NCBI RefSeq assembly: GCF_015694405.1
Contig: NZ_JADQDB010000005.1
Location: 589-24,588 of the forward strand
Direction: 5' to 3'
Length of the DNA stretch: 24,000 nucleotides
Source of the DNA: Pelagibacterium limicola
Lineage (GTDB): Bacteria; Pseudomonadota; Alphaproteobacteria; Rhizobiales; Devosiaceae
This document shows, piece by piece, positions 8,821 to 17,240 of the stretch. The first letter of the stretch is position 1. The number at the start of each line of letters is the position of its first letter. The notes beneath the pieces were generated by a model. It had not been told where the DNA came from. It saw nothing but the letters and a program-made list of their open reading frames with translations, and ran no database searches. Both the position numbers and the translations under genes were made by a program.

Positions 8821-8925
8821 CTCCGCGACGGGCGCCGAAGGCCTCTCCTCCAGCTCTCAACCCGTCACGGCAAGCCGGGTCCGCACTCTCACTCTTTAGG
8901 GGCGTTGCGGGGTGTCCCCGCAGAA
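8821..8925 (-). promoter_or_regulatory. conserved 5' leader, copy B (upstream of ardC)
   Basis: Paralogous to 7689-7782 with the same block order. Its GGAG lies 7 nt before the ardC ATG at 8813. Confidence 0.6.
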
Positions 8926-9170
8926 GGGGTCGGCCGAGACATATAGCTCGGCCGCAGGGGAAGGCCTTCCCCACTCTGGTTCATTTTGCGATTACGGCTC
9001 TGCAATAGCCGATCTGCAGACTGCCGATTTCCAGCTGTCAAGTGTCGCGCCTGCAGCGTGCGGGGGCGGCGCCAATCGGCGGTCGCTTCCGATATAAAGG
9101 CATATTGGGGACACAGGCTGGCCAGCGCCACATTTCATGTCCGAAGTATGCGACTTATTTCGGACGTGGG

Positions 9171-11081
9171 TCAGGCGACTTCGACTATCTGAACCCCGGC
9201 ACCGAGAAGTAGCTGATACAGCGTTGCGATGGCCTGCCGAGCGCCTCGGCGGGCGCAATAGGTGAAAAGTACGCGCTGCTTGGCCCGAGTGAAGGCCACG
9301 AAGAACCCTGCGGTCGCTTCGACCTGATCCTCAACGAAGCTGCGGCGCCACGCATCATCATCGAGGCCAACGAAGATGACAGTGTGGTATTCTAAGCCCT
9401 TGCTCTTGTGGATCGTCATCAGCGGAACTGCGTGGACGCCTTCATAGGCGTCGAGTGCGGCGGACCAGTCGGCGGCACCCGCGGCAGAAGCAGTCAGGTG
9501 AAGCACGGCGGCTTCTAGGATCTTGCCAAGCCAATTGCCTTGGGCATAGGCGGGATGAGCGGCGAGCAGGCGGTCGCGGCCAATAAATCGCACCGCCTCG
9601 CGGACCACAGCAACCGTTTGGGCCCGATCGGTAGTGGGTGCTGGATGACGCTTAGCGAGGCCTAACGCAAATTCGTCGAGCTCGCGGGCGAAACGCCCCT
9701 GCGCGCTTGCGTCATCGGGACCAATTCCCCGAAGCACGGATAGTGCTTCCTGGCATTCTGACCAGTAGCGTCCGGCGCGTGGGCTCGTGGCCAGGCGAAG
9801 TAGGCCGATGATAAGCCGTGACGCCTCATCTGGCAAAAGGTCTTGTAGCGCGACAGCGCCGATCATGCTCGCCTCGTTGCGGAGCGAGAGCCCGGCAGCT
9901 TGAAAGGCTGGTTCTAGCACTGCAGCATAGCGGTCAGCACGCTGACGGATGAGCAGGACAAAATCGCGCGGACTGAGCTCGAATGCCTTCATATCTGCCG
10001 CAATGAAGGCTGCGAGCCGCGCGGCTTCGACTTGGGGCGTCGAGAAATCCCAGATCGCGCAACTCGCGCCGTCAATCGTGGGTTTAGCCTTCGACACCGG
10101 CTCGGCCGCCATGGGATCGAGCGCTTGGGCGAGGACGTGCTGGATGCGGACGAGTTCGGGGGAGGAGCGATAATTGTTGAAAAGTGGCGTGCGGACTGCG
10201 CCGAAGTCGGCGTCGAACGCAGCGAACGGATCGTCCATCGCCATCGCCCAGCGCATGATCTGCTGCTTGTTGTCGCCGACCGCCGTGATGACGGTCCCGC
10301 TCCCGAGAAAGATGGTCTTGACGAGATCGTACTGGACTTGGGTGGTGTCCTGAAACTCGTCCATGAACAGATGCGAGTAGGTCAGGCGCAGCGCTTGGCG
10401 AGCCATCGGGTTCAATCGAAGGAGGAGTTCGACAAGCCGTCCGATCATCGGGAAGGAGAGCCGAGTCTTGGCTCCCTCGTGAAGCGAGGACTGCCAGAAG
10501 CGATCAGCGGCCCATTGCGCGGGTGCGGGCCGCCACCCCTCGACCGGGAGCGGGTGCCCGACGAGATGGTGTCGCTCGAAAGCCTTGACGCCGATCGCCT
10601 GAATGTCAGCCATGGTGCCGATTTCAGGTGGCGGCGCGCCGACTTGTTGGTGCAGGAAGCCCCGGAACAGGTCGTCGTTGGTCCACATGATTTCGTAGTC
10701 AGGGCGCGGCCGCCAGCGTTCGGGTAGGACTTGGCCAAATCGGTCGAGTAGCCCCTTGGCGAAGGCGTCGAAGGTCATCGAATCAAAACGTGCAGCATGG
10801 CTGCGATGGCAGCGCTGGCGCACGCGCGTCGCGAGATTGGTTGCGGCGTCACGCTTGTAGCTGATTGCTAGTATGCGCTGCGGCGCGGGGGTCGCGCCGG
10901 TCTGGAGGAGGAAGGCGGCGCGCTGGGCGAGCAGCTCGGTCTTGCCCGCTCCGGGGCCGGCAATCACCGAGCGATGGTCATCGGACTTTGCGACGATCAG
11001 GGCATTGGCTTCGAGCGCCTCAACCCCCATCGGTGTCCAGTCATCAGGGCGGATGCGGCGCGCGAGCACTGCCATGGTCAA
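9171..11081 (-). CDS. UvrD/PcrA/Rep-family SF1 helicase (GajB-like partner of the OLD nuclease)
   Basis: Motifs seen: AGPGAGKT (Walker A), FMDEFQDTT (motif II), NYRSS, TIHKSKGLEYHTVIFVGL and VAFTRAKQRV. The start is TTG 11081, overlapping the upstream stop as TTGA, or ATG 11075. Confidence 0.9.
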   Translation of the reverse strand: MTMAVLARRIRPDDWTPMGVEALEANALIVAKSDDHRSVIAGPGAGKTELLAQRAAFLLQTGATPAPQRILAISYKRDAATNLATRVRQRCHRSHAARFDSMTFDAFAKGLLDRFGQVLPERWRPRPDYEIMWTNDDLFRGFLHQQVGAPPPEIGTMADIQAIGVKAFERHHLVGHPLPVEGWRPAPAQWAADRFWQSSLHEGAKTRLSFPMIGRLVELLLRLNPMARQALRLTYSHLFMDEFQDTTQVQYDLVKTIFLGSGTVITAVGDNKQQIMRWAMAMDDPFAAFDADFGAVRTPLFNNYRSSPELVRIQHVLAQALDPMAAEPVSKAKPTIDGASCAIWDFSTPQVEAARLAAFIAADMKAFELSPRDFVLLIRQRADRYAAVLEPAFQAAGLSLRNEASMIGAVALQDLLPDEASRLIIGLLRLATSPRAGRYWSECQEALSVLRGIGPDDASAQGRFARELDEFALGLAKRHPAPTTDRAQTVAVVREAVRFIGRDRLLAAHPAYAQGNWLGKILEAAVLHLTASAAGAADWSAALDAYEGVHAVPLMTIHKSKGLEYHTVIFVGLDDDAWRRSFVEDQVEATAGFFVAFTRAKQRVLFTYCARRGARQAIATLYQLLLGAGVQIVEVA

Positions 11082-13060
11082 TCGCGCCTCAGGCTTTTCG
11101 CGATGTGGGCGAGCAACTCGGCTAATACTGGCGGCATGTCGGCCTTGAGAGCGCCATTCTTGATGTGGGTTAGCGCGGCAAGGTGCGTCGCCGGCTTGCT
11201 GTGCGTGAGGAAGTGGTAGCGGTAATCGGGGAAGAGAGGCGGATGGTCTTTATAGGGACCGGTGTAAAGAGTCAGGCCGGGGCCTTTGGCCCCCAGAACG
11301 GCCTTGGCCGCGTCATCGGGTTCCATACGCGGGCCGCCGCCGGCGGGGATCGTCGCTTCATAGGCAGCCGGGAATGCTGCAAGCATCGCGAGGTCCAGAT
11401 CTAGCGGTTCGGAGAAGTAGACCCCGTATTTCTTCAGGCAGTTGATCCAGCCGCGGAGAATCTTGCGGTCTTCCTCATCCTGCCAGGTGTGCATCTTGGC
11501 GAAGTCGGCGTCGGACAGGACACCCTTGTCGAGCTTGAGCAGTTCCTGCTTTGGCGCGCCGAACTCGACGAGATTCTCGATAGCCGTTTTGATGCGGCCG
11601 AACCCCCCTCCTGCCCGGCCTAGATCGAGGTCGATTAGGGTGGCGTAGGGGATTTCAAGCTGAGCGAGCAGCCGCCAAAAGTGCTGCACATGGCGCCCGC
11701 CAAGCGGAACAATCGCGACAAAGGCCGGATCGATCAAGAGATCGAGCGCCTCGGCCAGGCGCGGCAGCACCACACGTTCGGAGTCGCCTTCGACCAGAAG
11801 AACGAAGCGCGCGAAATAGAGCTCGGGGAATGCGAGCATCCCGCCGCGGACGAACTTCGCCTCCTCACCGATGCCCTTCGGCAACTTGATCTTCTTGATC
11901 GTAGAGATACGCGTGGTGGGATTGCTGCGGCAATAGCGCACCTCGCGCGGCTCGACCCGGCTGAGTACCGCGGGCGAGTGGCTTGTCACGAGCGCCTGGG
12001 CGCCTCCATCTTCGGTTAGCGATCGAACCTGATTCAAGATGCGCGCGAGGAAATACGGCGACAGGTGATTTTCCGGCTCTTCCAGAGCGAAGATCGACAG
12101 GGCCGGGATTCGCAGCTGATCTTTGTGAAAGCCTTCGACTTTGCCGGTGACCACCTGGCGTTCCATGTCGAATACGGCGGCGGCAAGTGCGAAATAGAAG
12201 AGCGACTGCTGGCCGTCACTGAGACCGTCGAGTCCCCGCTCTTGCCCGTCGGGTCCCTGCTCAAAGATGACCGCAATCCTGCTGACTACTTCCTCGAAGC
12301 GGCGGCCAACCAAGCTGAGGCGGGGCTTAGTGTCGACAACCTCGTCATGGAGGGACGACCAGCGTGCCTGGAGCGCCTTGCCGATCGCCGCAATCGCCCT
12401 CTCGCCCTCGAAGGCTTCGGTCAACGCCTCCGCTGCCTCGTCGACGCTGTCGCGAGCATTGTCGGACCATTCAATTGCGCGCAGAAGGCGAGCGGCAAGC
12501 GCGCCGGTTGTCGCGCGCACCTGCGCGCTCGCGTCTCGGCTCGCCGGCGTATAATAGAGCTGGATGAGCCCGCGGTCCGCGGGCGGCACCGGGTGCTTTT
12601 TGGCGTCCGCCGGCGAGTCGTCGAGCGTATCAACCCAATAAAGGTCTTGGGACACTTCGCCTTCGACCGTGCTGTCGTCTTCCCAGCGCGCCTCCAGCCG
12701 CATGCGGCACACCGGCGGCTTGTCTTCGCGGGCGATGAGCATGTGCCGAAAGGATGGTGCGACGGTCTCAGGCGTGGCGGTTCCATCGGCCAGTTCGGGT
12801 AGCGCGATCAGCACGTCGATGACCAGATCCTTCGCCAAGCGGTCATCTGGATCAGCGTCCGCAGCCAAATGAAAATCGGAGCGATGGATCGTGCGCTCGG
12901 CGCGGCTAACGCCAAAGACCTTGGAGAGCGCCTTGAGTAGAGCTGTCTTGCCGGCCGCGTTGGAGCCGACGATGGCGGTGACCTCGGGGCTGAAGGGAAC
13001 CTTGAGCGGGTCGGGACCGAAGCAGCGGAAGCCGGAGATGGTGACGCTTTCGAGACGCAA
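11078..13060 (-). CDS. OLD-family ATP-dependent endonuclease (ABC-type ATPase plus TOPRIM; class-2 OLD / GajA-like)
   Basis: The N-terminus MRLESVTISGFRCF...GSNAAGKTALL provides Walker A. Also present are FALEEPENHL (Walker B), TSHSP, and a TOPRIM with LLVEGDSERVVLP and LIDLDLG. TTG start. Confidence 0.9.
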   Translation of the reverse strand: MRLESVTISGFRCFGPDPLKVPFSPEVTAIVGSNAAGKTALLKALSKVFGVSRAERTIHRSDFHLAADADPDDRLAKDLVIDVLIALPELADGTATPETVAPSFRHMLIAREDKPPVCRMRLEARWEDDSTVEGEVSQDLYWVDTLDDSPADAKKHPVPPADRGLIQLYYTPASRDASAQVRATTGALAARLLRAIEWSDNARDSVDEAAEALTEAFEGERAIAAIGKALQARWSSLHDEVVDTKPRLSLVGRRFEEVVSRIAVIFEQGPDGQERGLDGLSDGQQSLFYFALAAAVFDMERQVVTGKVEGFHKDQLRIPALSIFALEEPENHLSPYFLARILNQVRSLTEDGGAQALVTSHSPAVLSRVEPREVRYCRSNPTTRISTIKKIKLPKGIGEEAKFVRGGMLAFPELYFARFVLLVEGDSERVVLPRLAEALDLLIDPAFVAIVPLGGRHVQHFWRLLAQLEIPYATLIDLDLGRAGGGFGRIKTAIENLVEFGAPKQELLKLDKGVLSDADFAKMHTWQDEEDRKILRGWINCLKKYGVYFSEPLDLDLAMLAAFPAAYEATIPAGGGPRMEPDDAAKAVLGAKGPGLTLYTGPYKDHPPLFPDYRYHFLTHSKPATHLAALTHIKNGALKADMPPVLAELLAHIAKSLRRD

Positions 13061-13085
13061 GTAGTGGACTTTCGATTAGCGGTGA

Positions 13086-14267
13086 TCAGGTGGCTGGGAG
13101 CGGATCGGTGCCTTCGCTGAGGATGGCGAGATAGCGGCGATACCCAAAGACGCGGCCGCGGCGCCGGCCAGTCACTTCATCGACGATGCCGAGGCGCTGC
13201 AAGTCAGTGAGAGCGGCGTTCACCGTAGGTGCCGACAGCCCGGTCCGCTCGACGAGCTGATTGCTGGTTACGTAGGGGTTTTGCTGCATCAGGTCGTGTA
13301 TGCGTAGAGCCGAGCCGGCGCGCTCGCTCTCGGCGGTGATGCGTTCGCGATCTTGCTTGAATAGATTTACGATACGGGTCGCGGCGTCGAAGGCCTGGTT
13401 GGCGGTCTCCGCGACTCCATCGAGGAAAAATTCCAGCCAGGCCTCCCAAGAACCATGCTCGCGGACTTCCTGGAGGAGCCGGTAGTAGTCTGCGCGGCGC
13501 GTTTTCAGATAGAGGCTGAGGTAGAGTAGCGGCTTGCGCAGCACGCCATGGACGCAAAGGTAAAGAGTTACCAGCAGTCGCCCGATGCGTCCGTTACCGT
13601 CAAGAAACGGGTGAATCGTCTCGAACTGGACGTGAAGGAGCCCCGCCTTGATGAGCGCCGGCAGCCTTGAGTGGTCCTCGTGCATGAAGGCTTCCAGAGC
13701 ACCGAGGCTCGCGTCGAGCTCAGTGACAGGTGGCGGGACGAATAGGGCGTTTCCCGGTCGGCTGCCGCCGATCCAGTTCTGAGAGCGCCGGAATTCCCCT
13801 GGGTGCTTGGTACCGCCGCGCCCACTCTGCAGGAGCCGGGCGTGCATCTCCCGGATGAGGCGGAGCGATAGCGGCAGCTCGTTGAGGCGTTCGAGCCCGA
13901 ACATCATCGCGTCGACGTAGTTCGAGACCTCGCGGATGTCGTCGATCGGCTCACCGGCCTGAGCCTCGGTTTCGAAACGGAGGAGATCGGAGAGAGTCGA
14001 TTGGGTGCCCTCGATCTGGGACGAGAGGACCGCCTCCTTGCGAACGTACATGTAGAGGAACAGCTCCTGGCGGGGCAGGAGCATGGTGATGCCGTCGAGG
14101 CGTCCCAACGCGCGCTCGGCGACGCTTAGGCGGTCGAGCAGCGAGAGAACATCGATTGGTGGAACGGGCGGGAGCGGGGGCGGCACAAAGGCGCGGACGA
14201 TCTCGCCCGCGACGGGAGTCTCGATAAAGCGGCCAAGACGGCTATCGTTGGTTGAAGTGTCAGCCAT
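13086..14267 (-). CDS. Fic-family protein (class II, N-terminal inhibitory helix, C-terminal winged-helix-like region)
   Basis: The Fic motif HPFLDGNGRIGR (residues 219-230, nt 13578-13613) is intact. An SxxxEG inhibitory motif (S82-SQI-E86-G87) lies upstream of the core. Confidence 0.9.
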   Translation of the reverse strand: MADTSTNDSRLGRFIETPVAGEIVRAFVPPPLPPVPPIDVLSLLDRLSVAERALGRLDGITMLLPRQELFLYMYVRKEAVLSSQIEGTQSTLSDLLRFETEAQAGEPIDDIREVSNYVDAMMFGLERLNELPLSLRLIREMHARLLQSGRGGTKHPGEFRRSQNWIGGSRPGNALFVPPPVTELDASLGALEAFMHEDHSRLPALIKAGLLHVQFETIHPFLDGNGRIGRLLVTLYLCVHGVLRKPLLYLSLYLKTRRADYYRLLQEVREHGSWEAWLEFFLDGVAETANQAFDAATRIVNLFKQDRERITAESERAGSALRIHDLMQQNPYVTSNQLVERTGLSAPTVNAALTDLQRLGIVDEVTGRRRGRVFGYRRYLAILSEGTDPLPAT

Positions 14268-14289
14268 GTCATTATCATGGCCGAAATGA

Positions 14290-14323
14290 GCTATTTAAGC
14301 AAACGCCTCTTGGCTTAAATAGC
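14290..14323. promoter_or_regulatory. perfect 11-bp inverted repeat in the AT-rich divergent fic / orf212 intergenic region (candidate operator)
   Basis: gctatttaagc (14290-14300) and gcttaaatagc (14313-14323) are exact reverse complements. A third, related half-site ggccttaaataag starts at 14342. Confidence 0.5.
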
Positions 14324-14365
14324 TAGATTGCTAAGGTAAGTGGCCTTAAATAAGGAGGCTGCTGA

Positions 14366-15004
14366 GTGTCCGGCTATACACAAAGGGTTCGGGACAGCAT
14401 TCTGCCGCGCTCGGTCGCCGGCACCCTCCCGGCTGCCTTTGCGGAGTGGACGTTCACCGAGAATACGATCGACCATGAAGCGACGATCGAGATCTGCGAA
14501 CTCTGCGGCCAGCAAGATCTTCGATATCATTTCGAGATTGCGAACCGTTACACAAAAGCGACGCTATGGGTAGGATCCCACTGCATTCTCCAGTTCGGCG
14601 TCGCGGTACTCGAAGATGGCCGGCAGCTGTCATCGGATGAGGCCAGGCGCCGGCTTGCGAAGCTGACGCAGCAGATGCAACTCCAGGGCTGCGTCAAGGC
14701 CTTGGAGCGCCTCGCTGCCGCCGAGGCCAACCCCATCCTGACCGGCGCGCTCGACTACTACCGACGCAACAAGAAGCTCACGCCGAAATATGCTGCGGTC
14801 GTGTTCTGGAAACTCCAGAGCTTCGGCATTGATCATCATCCCTCCTTCTTCCAGGTCGAGTTGCGGCGCGCGCAACACATTGAGGACCTGCGTCAGATGC
14901 CCACCGGCCGGGTGCATCGGTTCTGGGGCGCGCTCAGCCCGGCTCAGCGCCGCAAAGCTATTGAGCTTGGTCATCGCCCCCCAGCTCGCAGGAGCACGGC
15001 ATGA
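14366..15004 (+). CDS. hypothetical protein (212 aa) with a CxxC...HC putative zinc site
   Basis: The GTG start has AAGGAGG 8 nt upstream. Third codon positions favour G/C. C44-x2-C47 and H72-C73 are present. No family recognised. Confidence 0.6.
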   Translation: MSGYTQRVRDSILPRSVAGTLPAAFAEWTFTENTIDHEATIEICELCGQQDLRYHFEIANRYTKATLWVGSHCILQFGVAVLEDGRQLSSDEARRRLAKLTQQMQLQGCVKALERLAAAEANPILTGALDYYRRNKKLTPKYAAVVFWKLQSFGIDHHPSFFQVELRRAQHIEDLRQMPTGRVHRFWGALSPAQRRKAIELGHRPPARRSTA

Positions 15005-15777
15005 TCAATCTCCACGAACGATTGTCGGAGTTTTCCTATGGCTATGGCGTCACGCGCGAGATGGAGCGTCGGCTCGCCACTGCCGGTGTTCGCGCGACAC
15101 CGTTCCTGCCGAGTCTGCTGCATGAAGCGAGTTTGGGCTTTGATGTCGCCTTCTCTGGCCCTGGCCAGGTCGTCATGTTGCAATTCAAGTTGGGGCAGCA
15201 GTTGTCGCGGTTTCGGCGTCTCAGCCCGGCCGAGAGCATCCCGGTACTGCAGAAGCCATTCTGGCGCTACCACGTCGATCTTGATGAACACCAGTTCCAG
15301 CGTCTGGAGGAGTTTGAGCAAGAGGGCGCGGACGTGTTCTATGTTGCGCCACGCTTCTCCAACTGGGCCGGTTACGAGAGGGCATTCCACGCGAGCGAAG
15401 TCCTGCGACGATCGTTGTTGCTTCGGCCTTCGCAGATTCGGCTAGGGGCGGCTGGCGCGCCGGGCGAGCATCGCATTGTCTATGATAGGGTGAGCCGATA
15501 CGTCTGTTCCGACCCTCGTGCCATTGACGAGGTGCGGCCGGAAGACGCGGTCGAAAAGACGGCCGCAAGAGCACGCGAGCCCGGTCCACCTCTTGCAGCT
15601 CAACTGGAGAGGCTTGTTACGCGAGAGAGAACCCGCGATCTACCGCGGTTGTCGCGACCTCGTCAGCGCGATCTTCGGTCACGGGCTCGCACCCCTGCGG
15701 ATGCCACGGCGGCTGAGATCGGGCTGGAGGCTTGGCTACAAGGAGCACAGGTCCTGTTCGTCACGCCCGTTGACTGA
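15001..15777 (+). CDS. hypothetical protein (258 aa), possible PD-(D/E)xK-like nuclease fold
   Basis: The ATG overlaps the upstream stop (ATGA), with AGGAG 7 nt upstream. Residues E10, then GFD48VAF, then MLQ61FK63 resemble an E...D...(E/Q)xK layout. The C-terminal ~80 aa are R/P/A-rich. Confidence 0.55.
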   Translation: MINLHERLSEFSYGYGVTREMERRLATAGVRATPFLPSLLHEASLGFDVAFSGPGQVVMLQFKLGQQLSRFRRLSPAESIPVLQKPFWRYHVDLDEHQFQRLEEFEQEGADVFYVAPRFSNWAGYERAFHASEVLRRSLLLRPSQIRLGAAGAPGEHRIVYDRVSRYVCSDPRAIDEVRPEDAVEKTAARAREPGPPLAAQLERLVTRERTRDLPRLSRPRQRDLRSRARTPADATAAEIGLEAWLQGAQVLFVTPVD

Positions 15778-15850
15778 TTTCTTGATACTGCCGTCTTCGA
15801 CAAAACTGTTGGCGCGGCTCATCAGCAGACGACTGAAAGTTGGAAAGGTG

Positions 15851-15870
15851 CCGCTCTATCCAAAGAGCGG
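15851..15870 (+). terminator. weak terminator-like hairpin after the two-gene operon
   Basis: A 7-bp perfect stem (ccgctct / agagcgg) with a 6-nt loop, followed only by tt. There is no real T-tract. Confidence 0.25.
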
Positions 15871-15998
15871 TTCCCCGAGGGCGAAGGTAAAGGCTTACTC
15901 AGCAGAGTTACGGACACCGAATTTGCTCGAGTGAGGATGCCGCGCATGCTATGTTCTCACGACGATATCGCCCTCTGTCGACGACCGGACCAGTTCAT

Positions 15999-17240
15999 AT
16001 GTATTTGAAATCGATCCTCGACGTAGAAGCTCCTCCGCCTGGAGTTGAGGTTGATGCACGGTGCGTACCAACAGGATCGTCACCAGAACAGTTAACGGTA
16101 GCTGGGCTGTTCGCGGGAATTGGCGGACTTGAGCAAGGATTTCATAATGAGGGCCATCGCAGCGTACTGCTCTGCGATGCTGATCCGCGCGCCCGCGACG
16201 TGCTCGCGCTACGCTTTCCGAGAGCCGCATTGTCGGAGGATGTTCGGGCGTTGAAAGCGCTGCCGGCTTGCGACGTCCTCACCGCAGGATTCCCCTGCCA
16301 AGATCTGAGCCAGGTCGGGCGTCGAAAGGGCATCTCGGGACCGAACTCCGGTCTCATCGACGTTGTACTCGACCTTCTCGCCAAGGCGAGACCCGGGCCG
16401 ACCTGGCTCGTCCTTGAAAACGTTCCTTTCATGCTGAGCCTTGATGGTGGCCGCGCGATCGATCGGATCGTCACCTCACTTGAGGAGATGGGGTTCGCCT
16501 GGGCCTATCGGACTGTCGATGCGCGGGCGTTCGGGCTCCCGCAACGTCGCCGTCGCGTTGTAATCCTGGCATCACGAGCAAAGGATCCTCGCCCCGCGCT
16601 GCTCGGCGTCGATGCCGCTGCGCCGAAGCCGACAAAGCGCGGGGTCCACGCTTGCGGCTTCTATTGGACGGAAGGCAATACCGGCCTTGGGTGGGCGATC
16701 GATGCGACGCCACCCCTTAAAGGCGGATCGGCGCTGCACATTCCCTCGCCACCCGCAATCTGGTTTCCCCAACGGCGACTTATCGGTGTGCCGTCGATCG
16801 AGGATGCCGAGCGCTTGCAAGGATTCGAGGCCGGCTGGACGCACATCCCGGGCGAAGATGTCCGCCAGACTCGCCAACGTTGGCGGCTGGTCGGCAACGC
16901 GGTCAGCGTACCATTCGCTAGCTGGATCGCCCGGCGGCTGACGGCCGACGCGGACTATGACGGCGACGGTGATCCGGATATCGTCGCAGGAGCCCGATGG
17001 CCGAGCGCCGCCTGGGGCATGGATGGCCGCAGAGGCCTTGCCTCGGTGTCGGAATGGCCCGAGGTGGCTGTGCAACAGCATCTGGCGACATTCCTTACGC
17101 GTAGCGTGATGCCATTGTCCCGCAAGGCGACCGCCGGGTTCCTTTCCCGCCTTGAGCAGAGCACGTTGCGATACGAGGAGGCTTTTCGCCTCGATTTGCG
17201 GCACCATATCGAGATGCATGACGCGGCCGACACGCCCTGA
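15999..17240 (+). CDS. DNA (cytosine-5)-methyltransferase
   Basis: Motifs seen: I FAGIGG, IV GFPCQDLS (Cys codon 16296-16298), VI ENV, VIII QRRRRV and X GNAV. The start is uncertain, either ATG 15999 or ATG 15951. Confidence 0.9.
   Translation: MYLKSILDVEAPPPGVEVDARCVPTGSSPEQLTVAGLFAGIGGLEQGFHNEGHRSVLLCDADPRARDVLALRFPRAALSEDVRALKALPACDVLTAGFPCQDLSQVGRRKGISGPNSGLIDVVLDLLAKARPGPTWLVLENVPFMLSLDGGRAIDRIVTSLEEMGFAWAYRTVDARAFGLPQRRRRVVILASRAKDPRPALLGVDAAAPKPTKRGVHACGFYWTEGNTGLGWAIDATPPLKGGSALHIPSPPAIWFPQRRLIGVPSIEDAERLQGFEAGWTHIPGEDVRQTRQRWRLVGNAVSVPFASWIARRLTADADYDGDGDPDIVAGARWPSAAWGMDGRRGLASVSEWPEVAVQQHLATFLTRSVMPLSRKATAGFLSRLEQSTLRYEEAFRLDLRHHIEMHDAADTP

Larger units (their letters stand above)
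3255..8925 (-). mobile_element. segment of an ICE / conjugative-element backbone (DUF2493, toprim, ParB-like, ArdC); ends not defined in this window
   Basis: This gene set and order is what I know from alphaproteobacterial ICEs. No integrase, relaxase or T4SS genes are present in the window, so the extent is unknown. Confidence 0.55.

Noticed and set aside
9036-9041. Perfect TTGACA (minus strand) as a -35 box for ardC
   Set aside because: No acceptable -10 hexamer lies 16-18 nt downstream (TGCAGA at the expected position), so I cannot support a promoter call.
12065-12802. 245-aa plus-strand ORF inside the OLD gene
   Set aside because: It lies antisense to a gene with complete Walker A/B and TOPRIM motifs and has no motif of its own.
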